Translations under genes and position numbers: made by a program
Part shown: positions 8,997 to 18,471 of the stretch, one piece after another
Layout of the letters: the number at the start of each line of letters is the position of its first letter
Position numbering within the stretch: the first letter of the stretch is position 1
Origin: a virus
IMG/VR virus record: IMGVR_UViG_3300037264_004862
Location: 58,825 to 122,824 of that record
Direction: 5' to 3' (one strand)
Length of the DNA: 64,000 nucleotides
Notes under the pieces: model-generated
Databases searched by the model: none
Told to the model about the DNA's origin: nothing
The model's input: the letters and a program-made list of their open reading frames with translations, nothing else

Positions 8997-9542
8997 ATGA
9001 AATTAAGATTATTATCTGAGGAATCCTCAGATAATCTTTTAGAAGACCCTAGGTGGTTCATGGATACCATTACTCGCCTTGCTATACCAGTAGATTATCA
9101 GCTAGCCAAGGATAGAATCAAACAAGAGGTTGATTCTATTGGCGGGTTTGGTAATGACGATCGTTCTATGAATAATATATTTGAAGCCATTCAGAAATCA
9201 TGGCTTTGTGCTAGAATTAATGTAGAAGACTATCAGCAATATTTCCAAAAACCAGTCGGTGAGTTCCATGCTGATGATGAATTTGGTGGCGGGTTTGGTA
9301 CTAATAAGCGAGTAATAAAAGTCAATGATAAGAGTATCATTGTGACTTTGAGGATGAATTATGGCGATACCGACCGCATTACTGGTGAAGGTACGTTTCC
9401 TAAAGACATTGTCGCCACGTTGCAAAAAACTTATACCGACAATAAGTTAATTATATTACAGGCGCTTGACTCATACCTTAGAGACAATGGAAGTAGCATT
9501 AGAGAGAAATTTGGCTTGAGGATCCCAGTTCACGGTATGTAA
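8997..9542 (+). CDS. FHxDDxF-family protein 1 (putative capsid-internal protein)
   Basis: MKLRLLSE leader; EFHADDEF motif. Confidence 0.6.
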   Translation: MKLRLLSEESSDNLLEDPRWFMDTITRLAIPVDYQLAKDRIKQEVDSIGGFGNDDRSMNNIFEAIQKSWLCARINVEDYQQYFQKPVGEFHADDEFGGGFGTNKRVIKVNDKSIIVTLRMNYGDTDRITGEGTFPKDIVATLQKTYTDNKLIILQALDSYLRDNGSSIREKFGLRIPVHGM

Positions 9543-9543
9543 C

Positions 9544-9969
9544 ATGAAACTCACTAAACTATTTTTGGAAGCTACTGATCCTCAACTATTAACACAATGG
9601 TGGGAAGGACTGAAATATATTAGGCACCAAATTTCTAAGAGGTTTAAAGGTTATAGAACCATCATTAAACAATTACAATTTGAAGACCCTGAATTGGTTA
9701 AGAATGCATTTAATAATTTTATGGAAATAACTACTCCATTAATAGTTTATGTGTTATCTGGATCACTTAAAAATTTGCCACAAACAGCGCCTCCAGAATT
9801 AGAATTTCATGTTGATGACCAGTTTTCTAGGGAAAACATGGCTGTTGAGGTAAAGATTTTCCCTGATGGTGTTGAATCTGAACTAGCTATGCCTCAAGAA
9901 ATTAAAGATTACCTAGTTCATATAGTAAACAGACAGAAAGCGTCTTTATACGACGCATTAGATTTATGA
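9544..9969 (+). CDS. FHxDDxF-family protein 2
   Basis: MKLTKLFLE leader; EFHVDDQF motif. Confidence 0.6.
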   Translation: MKLTKLFLEATDPQLLTQWWEGLKYIRHQISKRFKGYRTIIKQLQFEDPELVKNAFNNFMEITTPLIVYVLSGSLKNLPQTAPPELEFHVDDQFSRENMAVEVKIFPDGVESELAMPQEIKDYLVHIVNRQKASLYDALDL

Positions 9970-10826
9970 AACTTTCTACTTTATCTGAGGCACTTCATCC
10001 ACGCCTGAAGGCCACTATGGCAGAAATCAATGCTGATTTAATAAAGGCGTTGGTTTCGTCAGGTGTAAAATTTACACCTGACTCAGATGTTGAATTGAAG
10101 TATAGCGCAGGAGGGTTTCCTGCAGGATGGAATGTTGGTACATTAGAAATTGATAGCGCTACTCATACAATATGGGCGAATTTTAATGGACAAGTAGGGG
10201 TAGCTATCGAATATACACTACCAAACCGTTGGTATACACCGGCAGAACTAATTGCTACATCACAACGTAGAGCTAAACGCGAAGTGACATTCAAAGCCAA
10301 GCCAGAAGCAAATCGATTAGTAAGCATGTTAAAAAAATTTGGGCAACCAATATCTGCCTATTTTAGACCACCTAGTAATCCTGCAAAATCAACTTATGAC
10401 GAAGGTTGGTATAAAAGTACAGATGCTCTGTGGCGCGGTCGACCCGAGCTCGGGATGGGGGATGGCATTATTGAATACATTAAAACACATAATCTAACAT
10501 CAGAAGCTATTGAAAAGTTAAAAGATTCATTTTCAATGTCTGTAATGCCCCAGCGTTGGAAGCAGGTTCAAGAGAAAGCTGGAGTAATACTTCCAGAAGA
10601 ACCACAGAATTTAGAATTCCATACAGATGATAGTTTTTCACGTGATGATGTTTTTTTGTTAATTAATAAGGATGTGATATCGCTTACTGATTGGCGTGCA
10701 CAGTTCAAACCCATAACTGTTGTGACTTGGTGGCCACCAGAAATAACAAATGCTTTACGTCAAGTATGGCAAGACGCTTATGATGAATTTCTTACTAGCA
10801 TCGAAAAAGCGAAGAAACAACCATGA
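9966..10826 (+). CDS. FHxDDxF-family protein 3
   Basis: MKLSTLSE leader; EFHTDDSF and TWWPPE motifs. Confidence 0.6.
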   Translation: MKLSTLSEALHPRLKATMAEINADLIKALVSSGVKFTPDSDVELKYSAGGFPAGWNVGTLEIDSATHTIWANFNGQVGVAIEYTLPNRWYTPAELIATSQRRAKREVTFKAKPEANRLVSMLKKFGQPISAYFRPPSNPAKSTYDEGWYKSTDALWRGRPELGMGDGIIEYIKTHNLTSEAIEKLKDSFSMSVMPQRWKQVQEKAGVILPEEPQNLEFHTDDSFSRDDVFLLINKDVISLTDWRAQFKPITVVTWWPPEITNALRQVWQDAYDEFLTSIEKAKKQP

Positions 10827-11260
10827 AACTTATAAATTTGTCTGAAACATCTAGTAGTCCATCTGAGATGGCGGAAGCACTCAGGTGGATATCGGTGCTT
10901 AAGCCATATATGAGACAAGCGACAGTTGGAAAAGCTAAGAAATATGTCGCGCAATTGAAATATGATATGTCAAGATCATATTTCAATGATCCTATACATG
11001 GTTTAGCATCATCTTGGTATGAAATTATGTTGTTCATCCCTAATGATGTATTAAACCATTTATTACAAAGTCGCGAAATAAGTTTCCATGCTGACGATGA
11101 GTTTGATGACAGCGACCATAATTTCTATTGTATTAGAATTCAACCTAGTCTTTATCCACCTATTAGCACCGATATCCCAATGTCTATGCCTCCATTAGTC
11201 CAGAAATATTTATTACGATCAGCTATAGATTTTAGAGAAGAACTCAAATCGATGATATGA
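10823..11260 (+). CDS. FHxDDxF-family protein 4
   Basis: MKLINLSE leader; SFHADDEF motif. Confidence 0.6.
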   Translation: MKLINLSETSSSPSEMAEALRWISVLKPYMRQATVGKAKKYVAQLKYDMSRSYFNDPIHGLASSWYEIMLFIPNDVLNHLLQSREISFHADDEFDDSDHNFYCIRIQPSLYPPISTDIPMSMPPLVQKYLLRSAIDFREELKSMI

Positions 11261-11862
11261 AGCTTAATTATTTATTTGAAGATCAGTATCGAAAAGGCGA
11301 ACGAAGAGGCGAAGAAACCTTCGGACCTCCAATGAGATTGACTAACTTATTTGAATCTAATTTACATGAAGAAGTTACTGATTTGTTGATTAAATATGAC
11401 ACTTATTTAAGTGTTGAATATCCATCAACTCATTGGCAAGCTAATTATGGAATGCGCCATATTGTAAGCGACATAACACAAGAAATCATATCACATACTT
11501 TACGTCCATCTGGTATGCAATTTCATGAGAAATATCAACAACGAATGGACGAGACAAATCATTTAGTTCTTACGCTTCATAAATGGCGATATGACGGAAA
11601 TAAATTTGGTAATGATTTAGAGGCTATTGGATGCAGTTTTATTGAACCACCATCTGAACCACAATTCCACGTAGATGACCAATTTAGTGAACGTTTCCCT
11701 GAAGGAGAATCTAGTGAATATATTAAAGTTGATGCTAATAGCATCAACAGCAGTAAAGGCCCAGTAACATGGTGGCCACCAGAAGCATTACAAGCATTAT
11801 ATGATTTTCGTATTAGTTTAATCAATAAAGTTAAGCAAGAACTTACTTATAGCTCAAAGTAA
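11257..11862 (+). CDS. FHxDDxF-family protein 5
   Basis: MKLNYLFE leader and a second MRLTNLFE (11332); QFHVDDQF and TWWPPE motifs. Confidence 0.6.
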   Translation: MKLNYLFEDQYRKGERRGEETFGPPMRLTNLFESNLHEEVTDLLIKYDTYLSVEYPSTHWQANYGMRHIVSDITQEIISHTLRPSGMQFHEKYQQRMDETNHLVLTLHKWRYDGNKFGNDLEAIGCSFIEPPSEPQFHVDDQFSERFPEGESSEYIKVDANSINSSKGPVTWWPPEALQALYDFRISLINKVKQELTYSSK

Positions 11863-11865
11863 TTT

Positions 11866-12366
11866 TTATGGTCGCTTATTGCGTAGAATTCGGAGTGCTA
11901 CTTCGTTACGTCTTAAATCAGCCTGGGTCATTCGTTCTATAAATAGCATGCCTTCGATATGATCCATTTCGTGTTGAATGGCTCTAGCACCTAGATCAAC
12001 GAAGTGTTCTTTAACATGGCCAATAGGAGTTTCGGCTTCTAGTATAGTTTCTTGGTATCTTTTGATTTTAGCGTTTATATTTGGGAAGCTTAAACAACCT
12101 TCTGTGTCTGATATAAGAGGACCATCATTTTTAATAACAGGATTAAAATAAACGCGTTCTGCGTTTTTATTTGTCGGATCACCTGTTATATTTATTATAA
12201 AAAGCTTTACACCCCATCCAATTTGAGAAGCGGCCAGTCCTATGCCACCAATTTGATACATAAGTTTAAACATTTCTTCTACTTTGGCGATCTCATCGTG
12301 GGCGTAAATTTTTATTGGAATATTAGTATTGATTAATCTATAATCAGGATACAATAACACTTTCAT
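11866..12366 (-). CDS. def: peptide deformylase
   Basis: GIGLAASQIG, EGCLS, QHEMDH motifs all intact. Confidence 0.95.
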   Translation of the reverse strand: MKVLLYPDYRLINTNIPIKIYAHDEIAKVEEMFKLMYQIGGIGLAASQIGWGVKLFIINITGDPTNKNAERVYFNPVIKNDGPLISDTEGCLSFPNINAKIKRYQETILEAETPIGHVKEHFVDLGARAIQHEMDHIEGMLFIERMTQADLRRNEVALRILRNKRP

Positions 12367-12416
12367 ATTAATATATTAACTTAAATACTGTAGATAATTC
12401 AAAGGTAATAAGGATA

Positions 12417-12722
12417 ATGTTTAAATGGCTAAAGCGTCTATTAGGGTGTGAATCTTCGTCAAATAATATTCATGTATACCTTCATGTTGATGGTAAATTG
12501 AGAATAGAAAATGAAGCGAGATCCGGAAATACCATTATGGCTAACAAAGGATCTGTCGACCCTAATGCTACCTTTAAAACACCAGATGGAAATAGAGAAC
12601 CAGCTCGAAATTTTGAGGCAGATATCACGCCTGGGCTCTTTGCCGACACACGAGAGACAGAAGCTAGTTTCGGGACTGAAGTTGAATTACCTCCCAAGAG
12701 CGATAAGGGCTCGGGTATTTAG
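12417..12722 (+). CDS. small protein with N-terminal amphipathic helix
   Basis: AAGGA SD; starts MFKWLKRLLG; directly upstream of actin-like gene. Confidence 0.6.
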   Translation: MFKWLKRLLGCESSSNNIHVYLHVDGKLRIENEARSGNTIMANKGSVDPNATFKTPDGNREPARNFEADITPGLFADTRETEASFGTEVELPPKSDKGSGI

Positions 12723-12756
12723 ATATCTAAGGAACCTATCTTATAGGAGTGGAATT

Positions 12757-13788
12757 ATGAAATGTTTAGGACTTGATATAGGCACAAAGAATATCGTACT
12801 TGCTGATCGGCGTACAGGTAAACTGAAATTCAAAAGGGAAGTTAATGGTTTCGTCGATATTATTAAGGGCGATGGTTTCATTAAACAAATGTTGCTCTCC
12901 CAAGGTATTCCATTTATTGAAAGAGATGATAAATTTACGGCGCTTGGGTGTAAAGCAGAAGATATAGCCTATCACTTTGGTAAAGTTTTACGTCGTCCAA
13001 TGGAGAATGGTGTATTGGCTGTAGGTGAAGAAGAAGCCATGAAGATCATGGCTGTGATTATTAAAAGTTTAATTGGTAAGATGGACGACGATGCTATTAT
13101 TTATTACTGTATTCCGGCCCCGGCTTTAAATGAAACGGTCAATGTACGTTATCACCAGAAAGTCGTCCAAGCCATTTTAGATTCTTATAAATCTTCTGAA
13201 GGGGCTACAATTAAGGCCTACCCAATTAATGAAGCACGTTCTATTGTGATTTCGCAGATACCCGATCGTACGGGGATTGGCATATCTTGGGGTGCAGGCA
13301 TGGTTAATGTCTCATATTGTTTATTCGGCCTACCAATCTATGAATTCTCGTTGGTCGGTTCGGGTGATTGGATTGATATGGAAAGTGCTCGTGTCACCGG
13401 AAATTTAGAAAAAACCGATGGACGCGATAAACCAAAGGCCTTAGTGTCAAAGGCTAAGGAGAAAGTTAATTTAGGCGGCCCACTACCAGAAACCAACCTT
13501 GAGAAGGCTATTTATATTAATTACCAAATTCTAATTGAAAATGTAGCCAAAGGTATTGCTGATGGTTTCCGCCAAAATGAACAGAAAGCGCGCGCCGACA
13601 AGCCAATGCCAATAGTTGTGGCAGGCGGTACTTCGATGCCAGCAGGATTTTTAGATATGTTTAAGAGTGTTTTCGCAATTCAAAAAATGCCATTTGAGAC
13701 TGGCGAAGTTAAACGTGCTGATGAACCATTATATGCTATCGCTGAAGGATGCTTAATTGCTAGTGAATTACATGATGGTAACGTGTAA
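12757..13788 (+). CDS. actin-like ATPase (MreB/ParM/MamK superfamily)
   Basis: GLDIGTKN (phosphate 1), INEA, GISWGAG (phosphate 2), VVAGGTS (adenosine), AIAEG. Start revised to ATG 12757 after AGGAG. Confidence 0.85.
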   Translation: MKCLGLDIGTKNIVLADRRTGKLKFKREVNGFVDIIKGDGFIKQMLLSQGIPFIERDDKFTALGCKAEDIAYHFGKVLRRPMENGVLAVGEEEAMKIMAVIIKSLIGKMDDDAIIYYCIPAPALNETVNVRYHQKVVQAILDSYKSSEGATIKAYPINEARSIVISQIPDRTGIGISWGAGMVNVSYCLFGLPIYEFSLVGSGDWIDMESARVTGNLEKTDGRDKPKALVSKAKEKVNLGGPLPETNLEKAIYINYQILIENVAKGIADGFRQNEQKARADKPMPIVVAGGTSMPAGFLDMFKSVFAIQKMPFETGEVKRADEPLYAIAEGCLIASELHDGNV

Positions 13789-13805
13789 ACAAATACAGGC
13801 CGTAA

Positions 13806-15761
13806 ATGAAGATGGTAACGCCTAAGCAAGTCATAAAATTACCGCTTATTGGTGTCAAGGACGGAGATCAAGTCCAAGACGAATTTGGTAATATATTCGA
13901 ATTTGATACTGAATTAAAAACTTGGATTTGTAAAGGGGTCAAACAAGAACCATCATTAGTAACAACTGAGCAAGCCGGATTGGTGACACCATCAATTTTT
14001 GAAGAATTATCATTGATTAAGATATTGAAAGGTCGTGGTGTCAGTTTTGATAGTTTTAAGATTGATGCTGGTGACCTTAATCCTTATTTTTATTTCTTTT
14101 ATTCATCAGATAATTTAATTAGATTTTTTCCGGAAGGCCCAAATCAACTAAGGTTAGAAATAGATCGTAATAAACTATTACAAAAATTAACTAGTCAATG
14201 TTGTGTTGGACCTAAAGGCAAACAAGGTCTCCAAGGGCTATTTGGCCATGCTGGTAAACCGGCCAATAATGAAATCTTTCAGTTACCTATAAGTACTACT
14301 AATCGTATATTCAAATTTGATACTGAAGTTGCCACGCCAATAAATACGCCGATATCATTGCGTATCTTTAGTGATACGACTCAGGTGATTGAGTTTTTAA
14401 TTCCAATAAATGCTGGTAGCACAGGCAATGATATTACTATCGTAGTGGTTGAAAATGGTCCGGAAGTTGAAATGTCTTCATTGTTTATTAATTTTGAAGC
14501 ATCAACTAATAGATTAAATGGTTCAATAACATTTACTAGTGGTGCTGACGATATTTCGATTTGGAAATATAAAGCTCGCCAAAAAGGTATTAATGGCGAT
14601 TCTGGTTCTGATGGTCTTCCGTTTTTTGAAATTGTAGAGCAATTTTTTGACGATCCTCTTCTTAGGTCTAATGATGCAATTGTCTCATTACGTAAACCGA
14701 ATACTAGTGATAACATATTATTCATTAAAAAATCGCTATTTAATGAAGTGTGTACTTCAAATTTATTGCCATCAACAACATTACCACGTGGTAAAATAAC
14801 GCAAGCTACATTTACAGGTATTCGTGTGACTTTAAGCCAATGTAAGGACGTTGGTAAGTACAAGTTTGTTCCTGATTTATTTGATGCTCCGCCATTGAAT
14901 TTACCAGCTTGGACGCCAACTCCAGACTGCTGTAATGCTTCATTCTGTAATGTTCGCAATTTTAATTGGTTTGATAAGGTAGATCCACAACTCACATTTA
15001 ATATCGAACAAGAACCATGTCTACCGGAACAATGCTGTCAAGAAGACTTTTTCTGGTGTCCTAATGTGGGTGATAATCCATGTCCAGTAGAAGGTGATAT
15101 TAATCCACCAGTTAAATTCATACGTTTTAGTTCATCTAGTTCTAGTTCATCGGATAATTCTAGTTCATCAAGTTCTACGACGTCAGTACATTCATCTGAA
15201 GGGTCGCCTACGCCGCCTTCACCAACTCCACCGGTAATGTTAGGGACTTCATCGTCTTCAATGTCTTCCCAATCTCAGTCTTCTCAGGCGCCTGATGGAT
15301 TTGTATGTGATCTTCCACAAGTTTCGAGTGTATCGAGCTCATCTGATTCTAGTGCATCCAATTTGAGCTTAGAATCAAGTGTATCTAGTGCGTCAAGTAC
15401 ATCGAGCTCATCTGATTCTAGTGCATCTGGTGCATCTAATTCTAGTGCGTCAAGTGCGTCAAGTGCATCTAATTCTAGTGCGTCAAGTGCGTCAAGTGCA
15501 TCTAATTCTAGTGCGTCAAGTGCGTCAAGTGCATCTAATTCTAGTGCGTCAAGTGCGTCAAGTGCGTCAAGTGCATCTAGTGCATCTAATTCTAGTGCGT
15601 CAAGTGCGTCAAGTGCGTCAAGTGCATCTAATTCTAGTGCGTCAAGTGCATCTAGTGCATCTAATTCTAGTGCGTCAAGTGCGTCAAGTGCATCTAGTGC
15701 ATCTAATTCTAGTGCGTCAAGTGCGTCAAGTTTGAGCTCAGAATCTAGTCAGTCGATATAA
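13806..15761 (+). CDS. putative virion fibre/appendage protein with collagen-like, Cys-rich and serine-rich repeat regions
   Basis: GPKGKQGLQGLFGHAG and GINGDSGSDG GXY repeats; CC clusters; ~200-aa Ser-rich C-terminus (SSASSASSASN)n. Confidence 0.7.
   Translation: MKMVTPKQVIKLPLIGVKDGDQVQDEFGNIFEFDTELKTWICKGVKQEPSLVTTEQAGLVTPSIFEELSLIKILKGRGVSFDSFKIDAGDLNPYFYFFYSSDNLIRFFPEGPNQLRLEIDRNKLLQKLTSQCCVGPKGKQGLQGLFGHAGKPANNEIFQLPISTTNRIFKFDTEVATPINTPISLRIFSDTTQVIEFLIPINAGSTGNDITIVVVENGPEVEMSSLFINFEASTNRLNGSITFTSGADDISIWKYKARQKGINGDSGSDGLPFFEIVEQFFDDPLLRSNDAIVSLRKPNTSDNILFIKKSLFNEVCTSNLLPSTTLPRGKITQATFTGIRVTLSQCKDVGKYKFVPDLFDAPPLNLPAWTPTPDCCNASFCNVRNFNWFDKVDPQLTFNIEQEPCLPEQCCQEDFFWCPNVGDNPCPVEGDINPPVKFIRFSSSSSSSSDNSSSSSSTTSVHSSEGSPTPPSPTPPVMLGTSSSSMSSQSQSSQAPDGFVCDLPQVSSVSSSSDSSASNLSLESSVSSASSTSSSSDSSASGASNSSASSASSASNSSASSASSASNSSASSASSASNSSASSASSASSASSASNSSASSASSASSASNSSASSASSASNSSASSASSASSASNSSASSASSLSSESSQSI
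15400..15735 (+). repeat. coding tandem repeat built from 9-bp (AGTGCGTCA/AGTGCATCT) and 6-bp (AATTCT) blocks, dominant 33-bp unit
   Basis: TCTAATTCTAGTGCGTCAAGTGCGTCAAGTGCA repeated with variants. Confidence 0.95.
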
Positions 15762-15763
15762 AT

Positions 15764-16444
15764 ATGCATGGATTTAAAAGTGTGTTTAAAGTCATTGAAG
15801 CTGATGTAAATGCTCGGCGTTCGGATTATTCTATATTGGAAGTTCATAATGTAGCAATTGGTCGAGCCTTCCCAGGATCGATGGATTTTATTGATCAGAA
15901 TATATCAATAACAGTAGGTCCAATTAATGTGTCGAAGACTGGTTCTGATTCGGCAGATGGTCCAGTTGGTCGTGGACATTATTACCCACAATTAGAAGAT
16001 TTTATAATAACCACTTATTGTGTTGATCCATTAACGCCAGTTAGGACAGATACGTTTAGTGGAGGGTTCTTGTTTATAGCAAGAACTACAGATGCATATA
16101 ATAGGCGTCAAGTGTTTTTTAGAAGTAAGTTCAAATCAGCTTCTATTATTGATAATGTTATTAATAGTTTATGGTTAAAAGAATTAACTAAATTCGCTCC
16201 TGACGGCATAATTGATGTTGATTTAACATCAAGCCTTGATGTCCATTATTATATCAACCGTTATAGTTTCATTTATAATATGGTAGGTAATGTGACGATT
16301 TATTATTCAAATCTTGATGAGAATGGAAAACTCGTAGGATTTAATAGTGATTTTAGTAATGATCTAGTTGGGAGTGGCGGTACCAATTTCGATGATGTAG
16401 CGTCTGATAATAGGTTCAATATTCCTCCTGGTTGTAATAGCTAA
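15764..16444 (+). CDS. hypothetical protein
   Basis: ORF directly following the fibre gene. Confidence 0.55.
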   Translation: MHGFKSVFKVIEADVNARRSDYSILEVHNVAIGRAFPGSMDFIDQNISITVGPINVSKTGSDSADGPVGRGHYYPQLEDFIITTYCVDPLTPVRTDTFSGGFLFIARTTDAYNRRQVFFRSKFKSASIIDNVINSLWLKELTKFAPDGIIDVDLTSSLDVHYYINRYSFIYNMVGNVTIYYSNLDENGKLVGFNSDFSNDLVGSGGTNFDDVASDNRFNIPPGCNS

Positions 16445-16451
16445 ATAAGAT

Positions 16452-17762
16452 GTGAAGCTAGCTATTATTGTTGTAAGTCAACTTGATTCTCTGCATCAGC
16501 TTCATAAATATCTTTCAAAATATAAGCTTGCTACTATTGATCAAACTCCTTCAGATCATGACATAGTATTACATCTCAATACACAAGACCAACAGAAGGT
16601 CATTCAATATGCTTCGTTCTTAAAACTTTATAATTATGATATAAGGTCAATTATCATAGATGATACATTAACCGATTATAAATCGATCTTATCACAATTA
16701 GAGTGTTTTAATATAAGCAATATAATTATCGGCAAGGATAGGCTTACAAACGATGCATTTATGCAGTCAGTAGTAAAACAAGTTATGTTTATTGAACCAG
16801 TTACTGAACTTGTGATGCCGGTTTGTAGTTTACATGATATAATGCCACCACAAGGGGAAAATAAGGATATAAGTGACTTTTCGAAGCAACGTCATGGCCG
16901 TCAAGTGCATGAAGGCCATCAGATTGGGAAATATTTGCAGCCTCCTCCAATGTTGTTTAGTCGCGATGGACACAATGTTTGGATGGGTGATATGTATAAA
17001 GGCGAAAGCGCTTTCTTAATTTTAGGGGGCCCGAGTTTTTCTAAAATTGATAAGGCCAAACTAGACCAAGCTGGCGTATTGACTATGGGAGTTAATAATT
17101 CTGCCAAGACATATCGGCCTAATTTATGGATATCGGTGGATGACCCAACTCATTTTATGAAGTCAATATGGTTCGATTCGAAGATTACTAAGTTCGTGCC
17201 GTACTCTCATAGTGAGAAGGCTCTTTTTGATAACGAAACTTGGACAGAAATGGCCATTAAAGTAGGTGATTGTCCTAATGTTTGGTTCTATAAACGCAAT
17301 GAACATTTTATTGCCAAACAATTCTTGTTTGAAGACACTGTGAACTGGGGCAACCATAAGGATCATGGTGGTGGGCGTAGTGTGATGTTAGCAGCTATTC
17401 GTGTTTTGTTCTACCTTGGAATTAGAAACATCTATTTATTAGGTTGTGATTTCAAAATGGATGAAAGTACTAAATATCATTTCGACCAAGATAGAGCGGA
17501 AGGATCTATTAAAGGTAATAATTCAACCTATGAATTGCTAGTTGATAGGTTTACACAACTTAAACCAATATTTGAAATTAATGGTTTAAATATTTATAAT
17601 TGTAATTCTGATTCTGCTTTGAAAGTTTTTCCGTTTGTTGATTTCGAGCAAGCTATTAAAACATCTACTATCAGAATTCCAACTAATTTAAAACAAGAGA
17701 GAACCATTGGGCTTTACGAACGCACTAAAAAAAACAAAAAGAACAAACATGAATCTAAATGA
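16452..17762 (+). CDS. Maf/DUF115 (CstII-like) glycosyltransferase domain protein
   Basis: FLILGGPS, MGVNN, LWISVD, SVMLAAIRVLFYLGIRNIYLLGCDF. Confidence 0.7.
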   Translation: MKLAIIVVSQLDSLHQLHKYLSKYKLATIDQTPSDHDIVLHLNTQDQQKVIQYASFLKLYNYDIRSIIIDDTLTDYKSILSQLECFNISNIIIGKDRLTNDAFMQSVVKQVMFIEPVTELVMPVCSLHDIMPPQGENKDISDFSKQRHGRQVHEGHQIGKYLQPPPMLFSRDGHNVWMGDMYKGESAFLILGGPSFSKIDKAKLDQAGVLTMGVNNSAKTYRPNLWISVDDPTHFMKSIWFDSKITKFVPYSHSEKALFDNETWTEMAIKVGDCPNVWFYKRNEHFIAKQFLFEDTVNWGNHKDHGGGRSVMLAAIRVLFYLGIRNIYLLGCDFKMDESTKYHFDQDRAEGSIKGNNSTYELLVDRFTQLKPIFEINGLNIYNCNSDSALKVFPFVDFEQAIKTSTIRIPTNLKQERTIGLYERTKKNKKNKHESK

Positions 17763-18471
17763 TATCACTGTGGTTATAGCAATTGATGCTAGGCATCTTG
17801 AAGAATTAAAATATACATGGCCTACTTGGATGAAATTTAAGCCCGAAATGTCAACCCTTAAAAAGATTGTGATTTATGATAAACATCAATTAACTTTCGA
17901 TAAATTAGCAATATTTAATGGTCATGATGTCAGATTTATACCATGGGATATGCCAAATACCGATCAGCGTGAGAAAATGTTGACTTCTTTAGTTAAGATC
18001 CCGGCTACTGAAGTTGATACCAAATGGTATCTTAAAATCGACGTCGATACTATTGCTACCGCGCCGGGACAATGGATTAAAGATGAATGGTTTACTGCCG
18101 ATCCTGTCTATATAGCACATAGTTGGGGATTCAGTAAACCAGCCGATGTTCTCAAGCGTTTAGATGATTGGGGAGATACTATTTCTGAGCTTAGTAAATT
18201 TCCGCGTTTGAATATTACGTATGATTCGAAGATGTCGAGAGTGTTTTCGAAGCGGATTACGTCTTGGTGCTTCTTTGGTCGAACTGATTGGACTCGTAAG
18301 ATTTGGGGCATGTGTAATGGAAAATTGCCAGTTCCATCTCAAGACACATTAATGTATCATTGTGCTACTCGACTAGGCGAGCATACAGTGCGTACAAACA
18401 TGAAGGATCTTGGGTGGGGACATTTTAGGCTGCGCACTTTAAAAGCAATGAACAAGGAATTACTTAAATGA
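17749..18471 (+). CDS. putative glycosyltransferase (GT-A fold)
   Basis: WYLKIDVD DxD motif, SQDT; cluster context. Confidence 0.55.
   Translation: MNLNDITVVIAIDARHLEELKYTWPTWMKFKPEMSTLKKIVIYDKHQLTFDKLAIFNGHDVRFIPWDMPNTDQREKMLTSLVKIPATEVDTKWYLKIDVDTIATAPGQWIKDEWFTADPVYIAHSWGFSKPADVLKRLDDWGDTISELSKFPRLNITYDSKMSRVFSKRITSWCFFGRTDWTRKIWGMCNGKLPVPSQDTLMYHCATRLGEHTVRTNMKDLGWGHFRLRTLKAMNKELLK

Noticed and set aside
12511-12756. N-terminal extension of the actin-like ORF
   Set aside because: Overlaps 12417..12722 in another frame; the SD and motif position support ATG 12757
15400-15735. CRISPR array, or the alternative-frame (VRQVHLIL)n ORF 15379..15735
   Set aside because: No unique spacers and no cas genes. 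The repeat is in frame with the Ser-rich protein and the other ORF is a by-product of it.
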